DNA from: Epithemia pelagica
Taxonomy: Eukaryota; Protista; Bacillariophyta
Reading direction: 5' to 3'
DNA length: 64,000 nucleotides
Assembly (NCBI GenBank): GCA_946965045.2
Contig: OX337230.1
Coordinates: 1,922,001-1,986,000 of the forward strand
Part shown: piece after piece, positions 53,601 through 64,000 of the stretch
Position numbering within the stretch: the first letter of the stretch is position 1
Layout: each line of letters starts with the position of its first letter
Notes under the pieces: model-generated
The model's input: the letters and a program-made list of their open reading frames with translations, nothing else
Databases searched by the model: none
Told to the model about the DNA's origin: nothing
Made by a program: the position numbers and the translations under genes

Positions 53601-55145
53601 AGAGACGGAGGGAAGGACATGGGTTGGGTTTGGGAACCGTGGCGCGGCGGGAATTTGGCGCTTTTTCCAACCGGCCGGTTTCGTTGTCGTCTTTTGGGGA
53701 CCACCATTCTTGAGAGCCGCCAGAATGGCAAACGTATCATTGTTGGAGGATGACACTTGTTTGGGGGCGCGTTTGTTGTTGTTGGATGATGATGACGACG
53801 ACGACATGACGAAGAAGGGATTCATGGCAGTGTCGCCCTGCTTGGCGTGCAGCGTCGTGTCGACAATACTCCTTCGTTGAGACGGGTGTGGTCGCTTGCG
53901 TTCCACTTGTTGTTGTTGTTGTTGTCGGCGTCGTTGGGCCTGTCGTTCCGCCGCCCGTTGTTCCGCCAACAAGGCGTCGTGGGAGGTTCCATGCTTCCCC
54001 AAGGCCTGCAAGACGGCCGAAAGATCCTCCTCGGTCGATGTGGTGGTGGTGGGAGGATTCTTCTTGTGGTTGTTAGGCTTTGCTTTTTTGTTTTGGCGGT
54101 CGTCCCTTGCACCCAGAGGCTTGGTACTACTGGGTTGCAGTTTTTGGGAGGCTGCTTTTCGACTGCCTCCAGTCTCTCGTTTCGTTCGAGCTTTGGACTG
54201 TTGTTTGGTCGAGGCTGCCTTGGTTTTCATCTTGTGGGAGGCTGCCAGTAACCAATTGCCTCCACCGCCACCACCACCACCAATTGCCGTCTTGGAGGAG
54301 GAGGCTGGGTCGTGCCTCGTAGGCTCTAGACACTGGGAGGAGGACGACGACAATGATGGCGGTTGTTTCTCCAACAGAACGACCACTTCTTCCTCCTCCT
54401 CTTCTTCCTCCCCCTTGTGGTGGTTGCTGTTGTTGTTGTTGGGATTGCTGGCATTGGAACAGGGCGAAACTTGCTGCAGCAACAACAAGGACTCTTGAGA
54501 ATCGCTTTTTCGTTTCCTTCTCGGAGGGTTTGTTGGTTGTGAAACGACTTGCACGACATTGTCGTCGTCCTCCTTCTCGGCTTGTTTCCGAGTAGTGTCG
54601 TTGGTGTCCTTGTCGTCGTCTTGTACCACAATCACACTGGCGGCGTCTTGAGACGACGATCGAATGGCCGATGTCTTTTCGTCTTCTTGTTTTTGCAACT
54701 GCAACTTGCGACATTCCTTTTCGTGACGAATGGCTGCATCAAGGGTGTCAAACTTTTGGATTCGACACACATCACAGACAAAAAATTGTTTTCGGATTCG
54801 TCGTTTGACTTTTCTCATTGGTTGGTCGACCCCTGATGGTGGAGGAGGACCTGTCGTGATGGTGGCTTCCATTTGGCTTTGGCTCTGGCTCTGGCTCTGG
54901 CTCTGTCCATCCATGATCAGAATACTGTCGACTCTCCTCGCACCTAAGGTACAATTGAGACGAGACGAGAGAGGACAGGCCCACAAGTCGCAAGAGACTG
55001 CACCTCTTGTTTGGTTTCTCTTGTTTGGGTTCCAAAATGCGCCATTGGACCTCCGCCGCGCCACAAGAACTCTCGTCCGGCCGGACTTCTCTAAGAGCGC
55101 GGCCGGCGTGAATGAGGGCGCGCACATATGCGCATGTCTCGCCAT
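50676..55145 (-). CDS. ATAD5/ELG1-like RFC-family AAA+ ATPase, 2 exons; true start possibly MDGQSQSQ
   Basis: Walker A LVTGPIASGKTSLVHAV, ELNTSDTRSG, Walker B VILIDEVDLL...GFWSAL, KCPIVLT, SDMRRF.NQLQ. Intron 51549-51448 joins the last exon (VLDYIPMLRRM) in frame. Confidence 0.85.
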
Positions 55146-55353
55146 CGGACATTCGGCAAGCTACCGTCGAATGGAAGCGAGCCCATGGTTTGGTCTTGCT
55201 GAAGCTGCAGTAGTTTCGCGTACTTACGATTCTCTGCTTAAGTAATCGTGATTTTCAGGCTGTCTGACGTTTATACCAGAACGTTGAATGCAGCATATAG
55301 TCTTGATCGAGCCGGGCGACTTTCCCACATCCTGAACTGTCCACACAAAACAA

Positions 55354-58300
55354 ATGGATCGCCAAATGAAGGGTGTCGTCGTGGAAACAACACAGAGAGC
55401 GATCAAACATCCTACACACGAGCAAGAGAACGCTCTCAGCAAAGTAATAAAAAACAAAGAACATTTTTGGACCAAACAACAACAAGAAGAAGAAGGAGCC
55501 TATTCCAAAGACAACCAGCACCATCCACCAACCATGTTGACCTTGGTCGATCATAAAAATGGGCCCATTCGGGGACCGGATCGACCCAAGCCAGCCACGG
55601 TGGTGGAAGATTTTGCCGAAGAAATGATTAGTGGCTTGTTTTGTCAATACGAACCACCGGATCCCACCCGAAGATTTCAAAAAACCAAGGGCATTTTGCA
55701 ACCGGCCAATTCCTTTGCTCGACGCGACCGGTCCGTCGAATCGTACCAAAAGCGAATCCGATGGATTGATGAAGAAGAGGAGGAGGACGATCCATACAAT
55801 CATGATTCCAAACCTCGAGCCACTCGAAACTCGGCGGTGCCGACCCAAAAGCGATTGGCGGGGATTGGCAACATTGCCCAAGCCTGCATGGATGTGGGCG
55901 TCGAATCGGGGTGCGTGTCACCCACTACGGCCAAACTATCGTCCAAACAACAACAACACTATCCGTACGAGGACCTTCGTACCACACTCAGTCAAGATAG
56001 CAGTATTTTGTCGCCGCAACGAGAATCGCGAGCGCAACGATATGCCATTTTTGACGATGAAGGAAATCCCGTGAGTACCAAATCGGGCGTCTTGCCACCG
56101 CCTCCTCCACCACCCCGACCACCGCCCAATAAAAAAGAAGTCTTTATTCCTCAACTCTGTGGGGTCGGATTGAATTGGAGCGATGAGGAGAATAACACGT
56201 CTTCCAACAGTCTCTATGGAAAACGAATCGTCTTTCACAATGTCCAGTATGACGATGACGACAATTCTCTCTTGGCCAACAACCCCATGGCCGCCGTACC
56301 ACCACCACCACCCCCTCCACCACCGCCACCACCCAAGCGAGAGTCGTCTCAAGGGAACGACCTTTTATCCAGGGCTCCTCATCCATCCAGGAGCGTCGTC
56401 GATAGGAACACCACCAATTACTCGGCTCCCGTGGCCCTTCGAAAAACAGCGTCCTCTTCCGCGGGGGCCGAATTGGTCACCGCATCCGCCGGCAAAACTA
56501 GTAATTTGAAACAGGGAGGAGGAAACAACAACTCGTGGGACGATTTACGAAACCGATTGGATGCGTCGGACGATGACTGGGATGGACCCGACTGGATGGT
56601 GGATGGTCAACAATCCGATAGCAAAGATGAACTGGATAGCCATGGAAGGATGATGATGGACCCTGTGACAATGGATCGGTCCGAAGTGGGTGTGCCTCAG
56701 ATTCCCGAAGACGATTGGGACAATAGTCTGGCCATTTTGCCTCAAAACAGAGGATCATCCTCCGCCCGAGGCCGAGCCACTTCGAATTCGCTCCGGCCCG
56801 TTCCGGAAGATGTCATGGAATCACTGGGTATGGAAACCTCGTTGGTACGAATTAGTGATACCAAGGCGGACGATACCAAGAAACGTCGAGTTTCCTTGTT
56901 TGGGCGCGGACGAAAAAATCAAGGCCGTGATCCGTCACCGGGTCGATCGATTCGCCGTGGATCCATGGGTAAGGACTCGGAAGTTGACGACGACGCCAAT
57001 AACAATAATAACAAAGGATCGGCTTCCAAGGAGAATGCCGCCGACTGGCGACAGCGGTCTGCTTCGATCAAAGAAAAGCTTCGAAGGAACAAGGAAAACA
57101 GTTCGCGATCACGATCCAAATCACCGTCCCGTAGGAAATCCTTGGAAGGGATTACAACCTTTTCGCCCACTCGTGGATCGGAAGAATCGAAAGAACGCTC
57201 TCAATTTCCGTCCAGGAGATCGGCTTCCAACTATTCCAACGGGACACCAAGGTCTACGGCGTCATCCAACAACAATGCACCCATGCCTCATCTCCATCCC
57301 GCACATCCACTCAACCAGGTACGCCAACAACTTCAAGGTGACGAGGCCATGGAGCGCCAAAGTTACATCACTGCGCATCGCAATGGCTTTGATGGCTCTG
57401 GACGCAGCAGTCAAGCGGGGGAGTTTGATGATCGCATGAGTTTTATTACCGCTCATCGCAGACAAACGGATGGTGACCAACGCAGCCAAGCGGCCATGTC
57501 GGATCTAGACGAACGTCTAAGTTATATTACCGCTCATCGTGCCCAGGTCGATGCAGCTCCTCCGCCGCCTCCGCCACCTCCACCACTTCGTCCTGCCGAT
57601 GCTGACGAAAGGCTCGAACGTCAAAGCTACATCGGAGCCCATAGATCCATGATGGATTCCCCGAAACGGCGATTCAGGATTGCGTCACCTCGCAAACTCT
57701 TGGGACTTTCATTGAGATCTCAAGACAAGGGGCGCAAGGATGAAAATGAACCCAATGTAGTAGTGAGCCAGACTATGGTCGAAGATGCATCGCCTCCACA
57801 TCAAAACGATGTACAAATGATTCAGCCAAGTATCGCTCCTCCCGCGGGCAGCCAAATGGCAGCTCCGCAACCAAGCAACAACGAACAAGTGGTAAAAGCA
57901 AAAACTGAAGAGGAAATCACTTGGGAAGAACGAACTCGCCTGGCATGGGAACGTATTCGGAATGGCCTTGGCATGTCAACAAGTGACGACAGTGCTACGG
58001 ACAAAGCAAACAGTGGAGCAGAGCCCACGAACTCAGGAAATAGTGTCCCTCAGTCATCGACGGGCTTGGGACAACAACCTGGTAATCCTACCACGCCTAC
58101 AGCTCCGAATCAAGAGCAGAACCAGTACATGAACGTACCCTTTGCAATGGGAATGCAACAACTCCCGACAGTCATGACGACAAGCGCTTTTCCCGAGGAT
58201 CAAAGTCGATCGGCTCCGGATATGTCTGCCCCAGGAAATAATAATAAGCCTGAGTTCATTCAACGAACTTATTTGCAGAACGGAACCCAAAACCAAGTGG

Positions 58301-59835
58301 CAGTAAGCCTACAGCAGAATTCTACTGCCGAAGAGCAACAAAATGCCATGGTGGCCTCTCAGTCAGCGGCACCTTCTCCTTCCGGCTATATTCCACCCAC
58401 TACACCACCCAGTTCCTCCAAGTCTCCCCAGGGACAGTCACCGCGTCCACTGAAAGGTATTTTGAAAGCACCAACGCCTGCAAAGAAGGTAACATTCATG
58501 GAAAATTTCGACCAAATGTTCACATGTGTGGATGAGAATGAAACCCCACCCGATGTCGACAGCCAAGAATCAGATTCGACCGAAAACGAAATGCCTGATG
58601 ATCGCATGCCCATGAATGACTCGAATAATCAGATATTGACAGATGCCACGACTCAGCTGAATCTTGTCCCAAATCAGCAAGCACAAGGACAAGCTCCTCA
58701 GCAGAACGAGTCCAAGAAAAAGAAAGGAGGTTTCCGTGCACGAAGACTTTTCGGAATCCGCGGTAAGGGAAAAAATAAGTCCTCCCATTCAGATTCAGAT
58801 CGTTCTGCCGATCATGCACATGGAATGGTGGCACTCAATGGAACAGGTGACGTATTGGTCCATGTTGAACCAGCAACTGCCGAACCTATTGATGCGCAAG
58901 CTCCTGAACCGGACCTCCCCACTCTCATTGAACGAGAGCTGAATGCACGAAGCTTGAGTCAAAATGAGATCAACTCCGCGGATCTGACACCAAATCCATC
59001 GACTGTCGCATCATCTAGCACACACGAAGATACTGCTATTTCTCAAACACCCAACCTACCACCACAACCCAACCCAGACGAAGCCACCGAACCATCCATG
59101 ACTGTCGTTGGAATCTCTGAAGGTACACAACCCAACGAAGCAGGTTCCTCGCAACTACAACAGAACCAGCTTGGGCTTCAAAGTCCTAGTGAACAAATAG
59201 ATCCGACTGGACAGGCATCACCCGCTATTACGGCAACACATTCGTCAATGGATCAGGAAGAAACAAAAGCCGAAGGACGTCGGTCCCGCTTTTCTCTACG
59301 AGGTCGAGGAAGAAATCGAGAACGTTCTAAATCCCCCGGCCGACAGTCGGATCGATCAGCACCTCCTGCGGTGAAGACATCAAATCTTCAACCGGACGGC
59401 ATCGTTGCGCTTTCTCCCACGAGGGATGGACCCCCGTTCGTTGTTGGACAGAAACAGTACCCTGTGATGCATCCGTACGAGCAGGGCTACATTTACAGCC
59501 ACGTTCCTTATGCTGACATGCACCCTCAACAACCGAACATCAACGTCAATCCAACGGCAGGGAACAACACCAACCCACCAGGAGGCTACATGATCCCTAT
59601 GATGCAACAACACCCGAGTATATATGGTCAACCTCCAGTCCAATATCAGGCGGTACCTTTCGGTGCGCCCTATGTACAAGGTCAGCCGCCATACCAAGGA
59701 CAGCCAATGGTTCAGCCACCACATCCACAGCAGCTTCAATCAGTGCCCCAAGAGCTGCAACCTAAACAACAACCCGAGCCGCAATCCGCTGGAGAGAATG
59801 GAGGCATTCTTTCCTCCCTTGCTGGCATGTTTTAA
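55354..59835 (+). CDS. 1493-aa intrinsically disordered Pro/Ser/Gln-rich protein with an internal repeat motif
   Basis: Single long ORF with polyproline runs and four copies of [DE]R[QML]S[YF]I[TG]AHR. No folded domain recognised. Confidence 0.75.
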   Translation: MDRQMKGVVVETTQRAIKHPTHEQENALSKVIKNKEHFWTKQQQEEEGAYSKDNQHHPPTMLTLVDHKNGPIRGPDRPKPATVVEDFAEEMISGLFCQYEPPDPTRRFQKTKGILQPANSFARRDRSVESYQKRIRWIDEEEEEDDPYNHDSKPRATRNSAVPTQKRLAGIGNIAQACMDVGVESGCVSPTTAKLSSKQQQHYPYEDLRTTLSQDSSILSPQRESRAQRYAIFDDEGNPVSTKSGVLPPPPPPPRPPPNKKEVFIPQLCGVGLNWSDEENNTSSNSLYGKRIVFHNVQYDDDDNSLLANNPMAAVPPPPPPPPPPPPKRESSQGNDLLSRAPHPSRSVVDRNTTNYSAPVALRKTASSSAGAELVTASAGKTSNLKQGGGNNNSWDDLRNRLDASDDDWDGPDWMVDGQQSDSKDELDSHGRMMMDPVTMDRSEVGVPQIPEDDWDNSLAILPQNRGSSSARGRATSNSLRPVPEDVMESLGMETSLVRISDTKADDTKKRRVSLFGRGRKNQGRDPSPGRSIRRGSMGKDSEVDDDANNNNNKGSASKENAADWRQRSASIKEKLRRNKENSSRSRSKSPSRRKSLEGITTFSPTRGSEESKERSQFPSRRSASNYSNGTPRSTASSNNNAPMPHLHPAHPLNQVRQQLQGDEAMERQSYITAHRNGFDGSGRSSQAGEFDDRMSFITAHRRQTDGDQRSQAAMSDLDERLSYITAHRAQVDAAPPPPPPPPPLRPADADERLERQSYIGAHRSMMDSPKRRFRIASPRKLLGLSLRSQDKGRKDENEPNVVVSQTMVEDASPPHQNDVQMIQPSIAPPAGSQMAAPQPSNNEQVVKAKTEEEITWEERTRLAWERIRNGLGMSTSDDSATDKANSGAEPTNSGNSVPQSSTGLGQQPGNPTTPTAPNQEQNQYMNVPFAMGMQQLPTVMTTSAFPEDQSRSAPDMSAPGNNNKPEFIQRTYLQNGTQNQVAVSLQQNSTAEEQQNAMVASQSAAPSPSGYIPPTTPPSSSKSPQGQSPRPLKGILKAPTPAKKVTFMENFDQMFTCVDENETPPDVDSQESDSTENEMPDDRMPMNDSNNQILTDATTQLNLVPNQQAQGQAPQQNESKKKKGGFRARRLFGIRGKGKNKSSHSDSDRSADHAHGMVALNGTGDVLVHVEPATAEPIDAQAPEPDLPTLIERELNARSLSQNEINSADLTPNPSTVASSSTHEDTAISQTPNLPPQPNPDEATEPSMTVVGISEGTQPNEAGSSQLQQNQLGLQSPSEQIDPTGQASPAITATHSSMDQEETKAEGRRSRFSLRGRGRNRERSKSPGRQSDRSAPPAVKTSNLQPDGIVALSPTRDGPPFVVGQKQYPVMHPYEQGYIYSHVPYADMHPQQPNINVNPTAGNNTNPPGGYMIPMMQQHPSIYGQPPVQYQAVPFGAPYVQGQPPYQGQPMVQPPHPQQLQSVPQELQPKQQPEPQSAGENGGILSSLAGMF

Positions 59836-60266
59836 AATACTTGTCTCACATACACTACTTAATTTTAGCGGTCCACCGCGACTAATGTTCCAACTTCCAA
59901 TGTTTCACAGATAATTGGTTTCTCCAACACAGCACATTGTCTTTACGAATACTATCACGCACGTCGTAACACTAGTCCCGACAACGTCGTTGGGAACACA
60001 GCAACAGCACATTTTAGAAGGTATGCGTCTATGTGAAGCACGCCGTCGCTATGCGGGTGAGGGTGCCTCATTCCTATTCTACTGGTGGAAAATACTTATA
60101 AATTCGAGTCGACGCATATCCGATGAACGAATATACATGATTTATTTGACAAGTACGAGTTTCCATGGAAAGGAAGGAAAACTTCTCCATAGATTAGCAT
60201 CTCTGCTTCGTTCGTAAGAAAAGAATTAAAAAAACACAAAAGTGGCCCAACCTGGTTTTAGTTCTT

Positions 60267-62946
60267 CTAAAGGTTATGACGTAAACGGAAATCCTCGTCG
60301 CACGCAATAGGGCTTTCGACTTCTAGCACGTAGCGACAGGTTTCTGGTTCATCAGCACTCAGGACCTTTGTTTCGCTCCCGCATGTGACAGTGGCACTGA
60401 CGGAACGCTCCGGACCATTCCAACATTTGGTACCCCGTTCCCATCGCCAGACGCGATGAAAGGATGGCACCGCAGACGATGCATCGTCGTCCTCCTCCTC
60501 CTCCTCTCGTGGGATTTCTTCCATTCGTTGTCCCGTCCAATCCCCCAAGTGTACTCCACCGGATCTGGATCCAGCGTCCCGTTGCTTTGCCTTTTTGAAT
60601 AAACATATCTCGTACGTATATGAAGCAGCATCATACGAGAAACATTGGTCCTTGAGATGGAACAATTCACCATCATTTCCTAGCGTTTCTGGCTCTGATT
60701 TCCCTCCAACAGATTCAATGGCTCTTTCCATTGCCGCTTTCATTTCTTTGCTTTCGTCCTCAACTCTGGTGATTTCGTCTTGCAGTTCCACAAGTTTGGC
60801 GAATTCGGGGGAGTTGTCAGTTTGTAGACTCAATCCATCAAAGAGTCTGGTCATCAAATCATCCTCCGAGCGAGCATGGACTTGGTAGTATCCATAATAA
60901 CCATCAGGTAATTCGGATGGTATATCTGTGCTGCTGGTTGATGCACACATGGAATCATTGGGCGCGGCTTGACCCATGAGTGTATTGCAGTATGTTGTCG
61001 CCTCTTCTACAATTTGTGGCGGAGGGATCTCATGCTGGGACATGGAAGATACGTTCCGTTTCGTGGACGTGGGCGGACAAGCTGCCGCCCAAGGTGCCAC
61101 ACAAGACTCTGGGTCACTTTCCGTCGTTGATGATTCTCCTGCCAGTTCTGCAACCACTTCTTTATAAAGCTGCCATACGTGAAAGGATGACAAGTTTCCG
61201 TAGTTGACAACTCCCAAGGCTAGTTGTTGAAGAACCTGGAGAAGTTGTTGTTGATTCTCTTGTTGTTCTTGAACCGACGCGCCAAATGAATGAGTGATTA
61301 CCACTCCGTCCAACAAGACTTTGGCAGAAATGGCAAAATCGAATCCACGTTCGATGGAATCCTTTCTTAATTCGAGTTGATTTTTGGTCATGGGCAAGGC
61401 CATTGGATCGAACTGCAGTTCTGGCGTGTCGTCCGATGATTCTGATTCCGTATCGGTCGTTGCCGCTGCTTCCTCTTCCTCGATATCCTCATCGTCCTGG
61501 TCTGCTTGTTGCATCAATTTGTCCATGATTTCCATCAAGGCTGTGGCTCGTTCCAAGAATCGTGTACGAGGTTTGGTCAAGGTTTTGGATTTGAGCAATG
61601 TCATGATTTCCTCTCGTTTGTCTCCTTTGGTTTCCGACGAATCGTCCTCTTCTTCTGCTCTATTATTCCGGTAATGACGATCATACCCCTCATGGTCGAT
61701 ATCGTCGTACTCTTCCTCCTCCGCCATGCCATGATAGTCATCGTCCATCAGATAGTCATCGTGATAATCGTGATAATCTTCATAGTCCTCCAGTCGGCGC
61801 CGCCTGGATGATTTCTTTTCCACCGAGGGTATTCGAGAGGGATTCCAGCTCCATTCCGAAGACGGTTGTCTCATGTTGAAAAGTGTGAGATGGGCCAACT
61901 GGGCCCAGGACTCGGCAGTGTCAATCGTCATCATGGCATAGGTTTTGGGTTCCCACCAAAGCTTGGCATCCAAGGCGGCCAAACGCAAGGGAATGCATGT
62001 CTTGCCCTTGTTTGTCTTGCTTTCGTGAACAAAGGATCCACTGGAAGTTCTCATTTCTCCCGCCAATTGACAAGCATGAACAATCCACCAAATCAATTCA
62101 TGGACCGACAAGGCTTGCAACATTCCCGAAAGTTGAGGGGTTGGAGAGTTATTGTCGTTATTGTTGTTGCCGTCCGTTGGGGTCACGGCAATGGCATTCA
62201 ATCGAGTAGCAATGTTGTTGACTCGATCTTGAATCCATTGGAATTCCATTGCACCGTATTGTTCCTTGAGTTTTGTTAAGGATTCCTCCACTTGTCCCAA
62301 TTCAAGTTCGGTCTGTGCCGCCTCCTCTAATTTTTCCGCTCGTAACTGAGCAAAGTCAGTCACCGCCTTTTGCCGCAACTGAGATCCTTTGGTAAATTTG
62401 GTTTGCAATTGTTGTCGCAATCGTCGTTCCTCGGCTAAAATGGTTTCACAATTGTCAGCACAGGTCCCCACCGTTTCATCGGCTCCCTCACAACAATCAC
62501 AAACGCCATCGTGAAGCCGACTCATGGGAAGCTTTAGTTTGGGTTGCTGAGGACAAGTAAACACTACAGGACTGCACGAATATATACCGGAACGATGAAA
62601 TGTTTCCCAAACATGAACCAGAGACGACTCTCTCGTCAGAAGAATTGAGCCACAACCACTCTCACAATCGGCATCGTAACACACGAACCTTTTGGGACCT
62701 TGGCTTTGAAACCCATTCCAATTCAAACTTCCGGAACAGGCGGGTGTATTGGGTTCATCGGCACCTGTCAAGGGACAATCGCAATACCCATCATTGATGT
62801 TCTCCACTGGAATGACTTTGGATCCAGAATGATGCCAGTAGCTGTCGGGACATTCCACTTGGCCATGAACCCTATCAACATTGGTGGCCAATGCAAGAAG
62901 CACGACAACAATCTGCCACCCACCGACATCAACCTTCATGGTCCTC
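60267..62946 (-). CDS. Glucosidase II beta subunit (PRKCSH/GTB1-like)
   Basis: Signal MKVDVGGWQIVVVLLALAT; INDGYCDC...DEP.T.AC and HDGVCDCCEGADE; coiled coil; acidic tract; MRH domain CF...YTYEICLF...GTKCWNGPERS...CG...ADEPETCRY...SPIAC. Probable in-frame intron 62688-62572. Confidence 0.9.
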
Positions 62947-63499
62947 CTAATGGCTTGACGGTAGTCTTCCTTTTGTGGGTCTATAAAGTTGTTGTGTGTC
63001 CTCGTGTTCCGGGTGCACCTTTTTTGGTCACGAGCAATGAGAAAGTCACACACAAAAAAGGAAGGCAACTCGCTTGGAGGGTTGGTGGTGTCCTCCACCA
63101 CGAGGCGACGAAGATCGACGAATCCGGGACAGGATTGGATCAATGATACAACGTCATGAAGTAAGGACAACGAACCATTTTCGTGCCGAACACCACGTCA
63201 CAAATCACGGAGCATACATCACTCGATTTCCTGTTTTGCCTTTCTGCTCCCTCTTCTCTCCAAAGCCAAAGAAGCCAGTTTGGATTGTTGACTGCCCTCT
63301 TGAATTTCAATCCGAGAGAAAAGACGCACTATAATTCTTCTCCTTCTCTCCCTTCAAATTGGCCACTGTCGTCGCACACAAAAATCTTGTCAAGTTGAAA
63401 ACGAGAGATATTTTCGTTCCTCGCACATCTACCTAGCTTGTCGATAGGCAATGTGTGGCAAAGCTGTATAGGACAACAAACCCACGACGACGATAGACT

Positions 63500-64000
63500 A
63501 TGATGTTGCTCTTCTTGCGGTGTCAATGGTGGATGGTCCCCCTCGTGCTGTTGCTGTTGTTCTCGGCACAAGTAAGGTCCTTGTTGCAATCTTCATCACC
63601 GACAATTAGGACGACCAAATCATGGAATACGGCAATACCCCAATGGAACGTTTCGCCACAAGAGGGAGCGACGCGGTTATTCATGACTGATTTTTCCAAA
63701 GAATGTGAGAGAGCCATTGTCTCGTTGTTCTATTGTTGTCGGATACCTCTCTCTGACCCATCTTGTCACTCTTTTTGTTTGGTCGTTTGTTTTGGCTGCA
63801 CAATCCTCTAGCTTTATCGACTACAGCCACATCGGAACCGACGGCTCCATCCAGTGGTAGTACAGTGGTAATATCAACCATTCCAATGGACAACAACAAC
63901 AAGAACAACAACAACAAGAATGGCAAGAGTGCGCAGCAACAGCTTCAACGACGAGCTCGGAGCAACAACAACAACAGACGACGACGGAAATATTCCCGAG
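63500..64000 (+). CDS. N-terminus of a signal-peptide-bearing protein (runs off the window end)
   Basis: MMLLFLRCQWWMVPLVLLLLFSAQVRS signal-like leader, a probable intron after about 63704, then low-complexity Q/N coding sequence to the end. Confidence 0.45.

Noticed and set aside
51576-55245. Numerous 100-220 aa plus-strand ORFs
   Set aside because: Antisense shadows of ATAD5 over microsatellite-like coding sequence.
1-64000. Operon-like or bacterial defence system; rRNA or tRNA genes
   Set aside because: Spliceosomal introns and unrelated neighbouring functions indicate ordinary eukaryotic gene order. No structural RNA gene was recognised.

Overview
This is eukaryotic nuclear DNA, most likely from a pennate diatom. 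The evidence is short GT-AG introns, bipartite ASAFAP-type plastid leaders and diatom-style LRR receptor-like proteins. About 24 host genes are supportable: a K+ channel missed by the ORF track because it runs off the window start, a tandem SnoaL protein, a VTT/DedA protein, an HpcH aldolase, JMJD8-like, TPX2-like, a 5'-nucleotidase-like protein, GST-omega/GHR, TMEM184, a DDHD lipase, two LRR-TM proteins, DIM1, NOL8-like, FTR variable chain, a Tat lumen protein, ATAD5/ELG1, glucosidase II beta and several orphans. Mobile-element material is concentrated in three places: a decayed Helitron RepHel with a candidate CTAG 3' end and repeat arrays (about 10.3-15.7 kb), a 428-bp Mutator-type MITE with an exact 9-bp TSD (38390-38817), and an hAT remnant next to a duplicated hairpin whose core is flipped between its two copies (40.1-41.0 kb). 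The strongest novelty candidates are an intact, intron-bearing hAT/BED-finger gene that has lost its catalytic residues (probable domesticated transposase) and the flip/flop hairpin duplication. All calls come from manual translation and motif recognition; no database searches were run.
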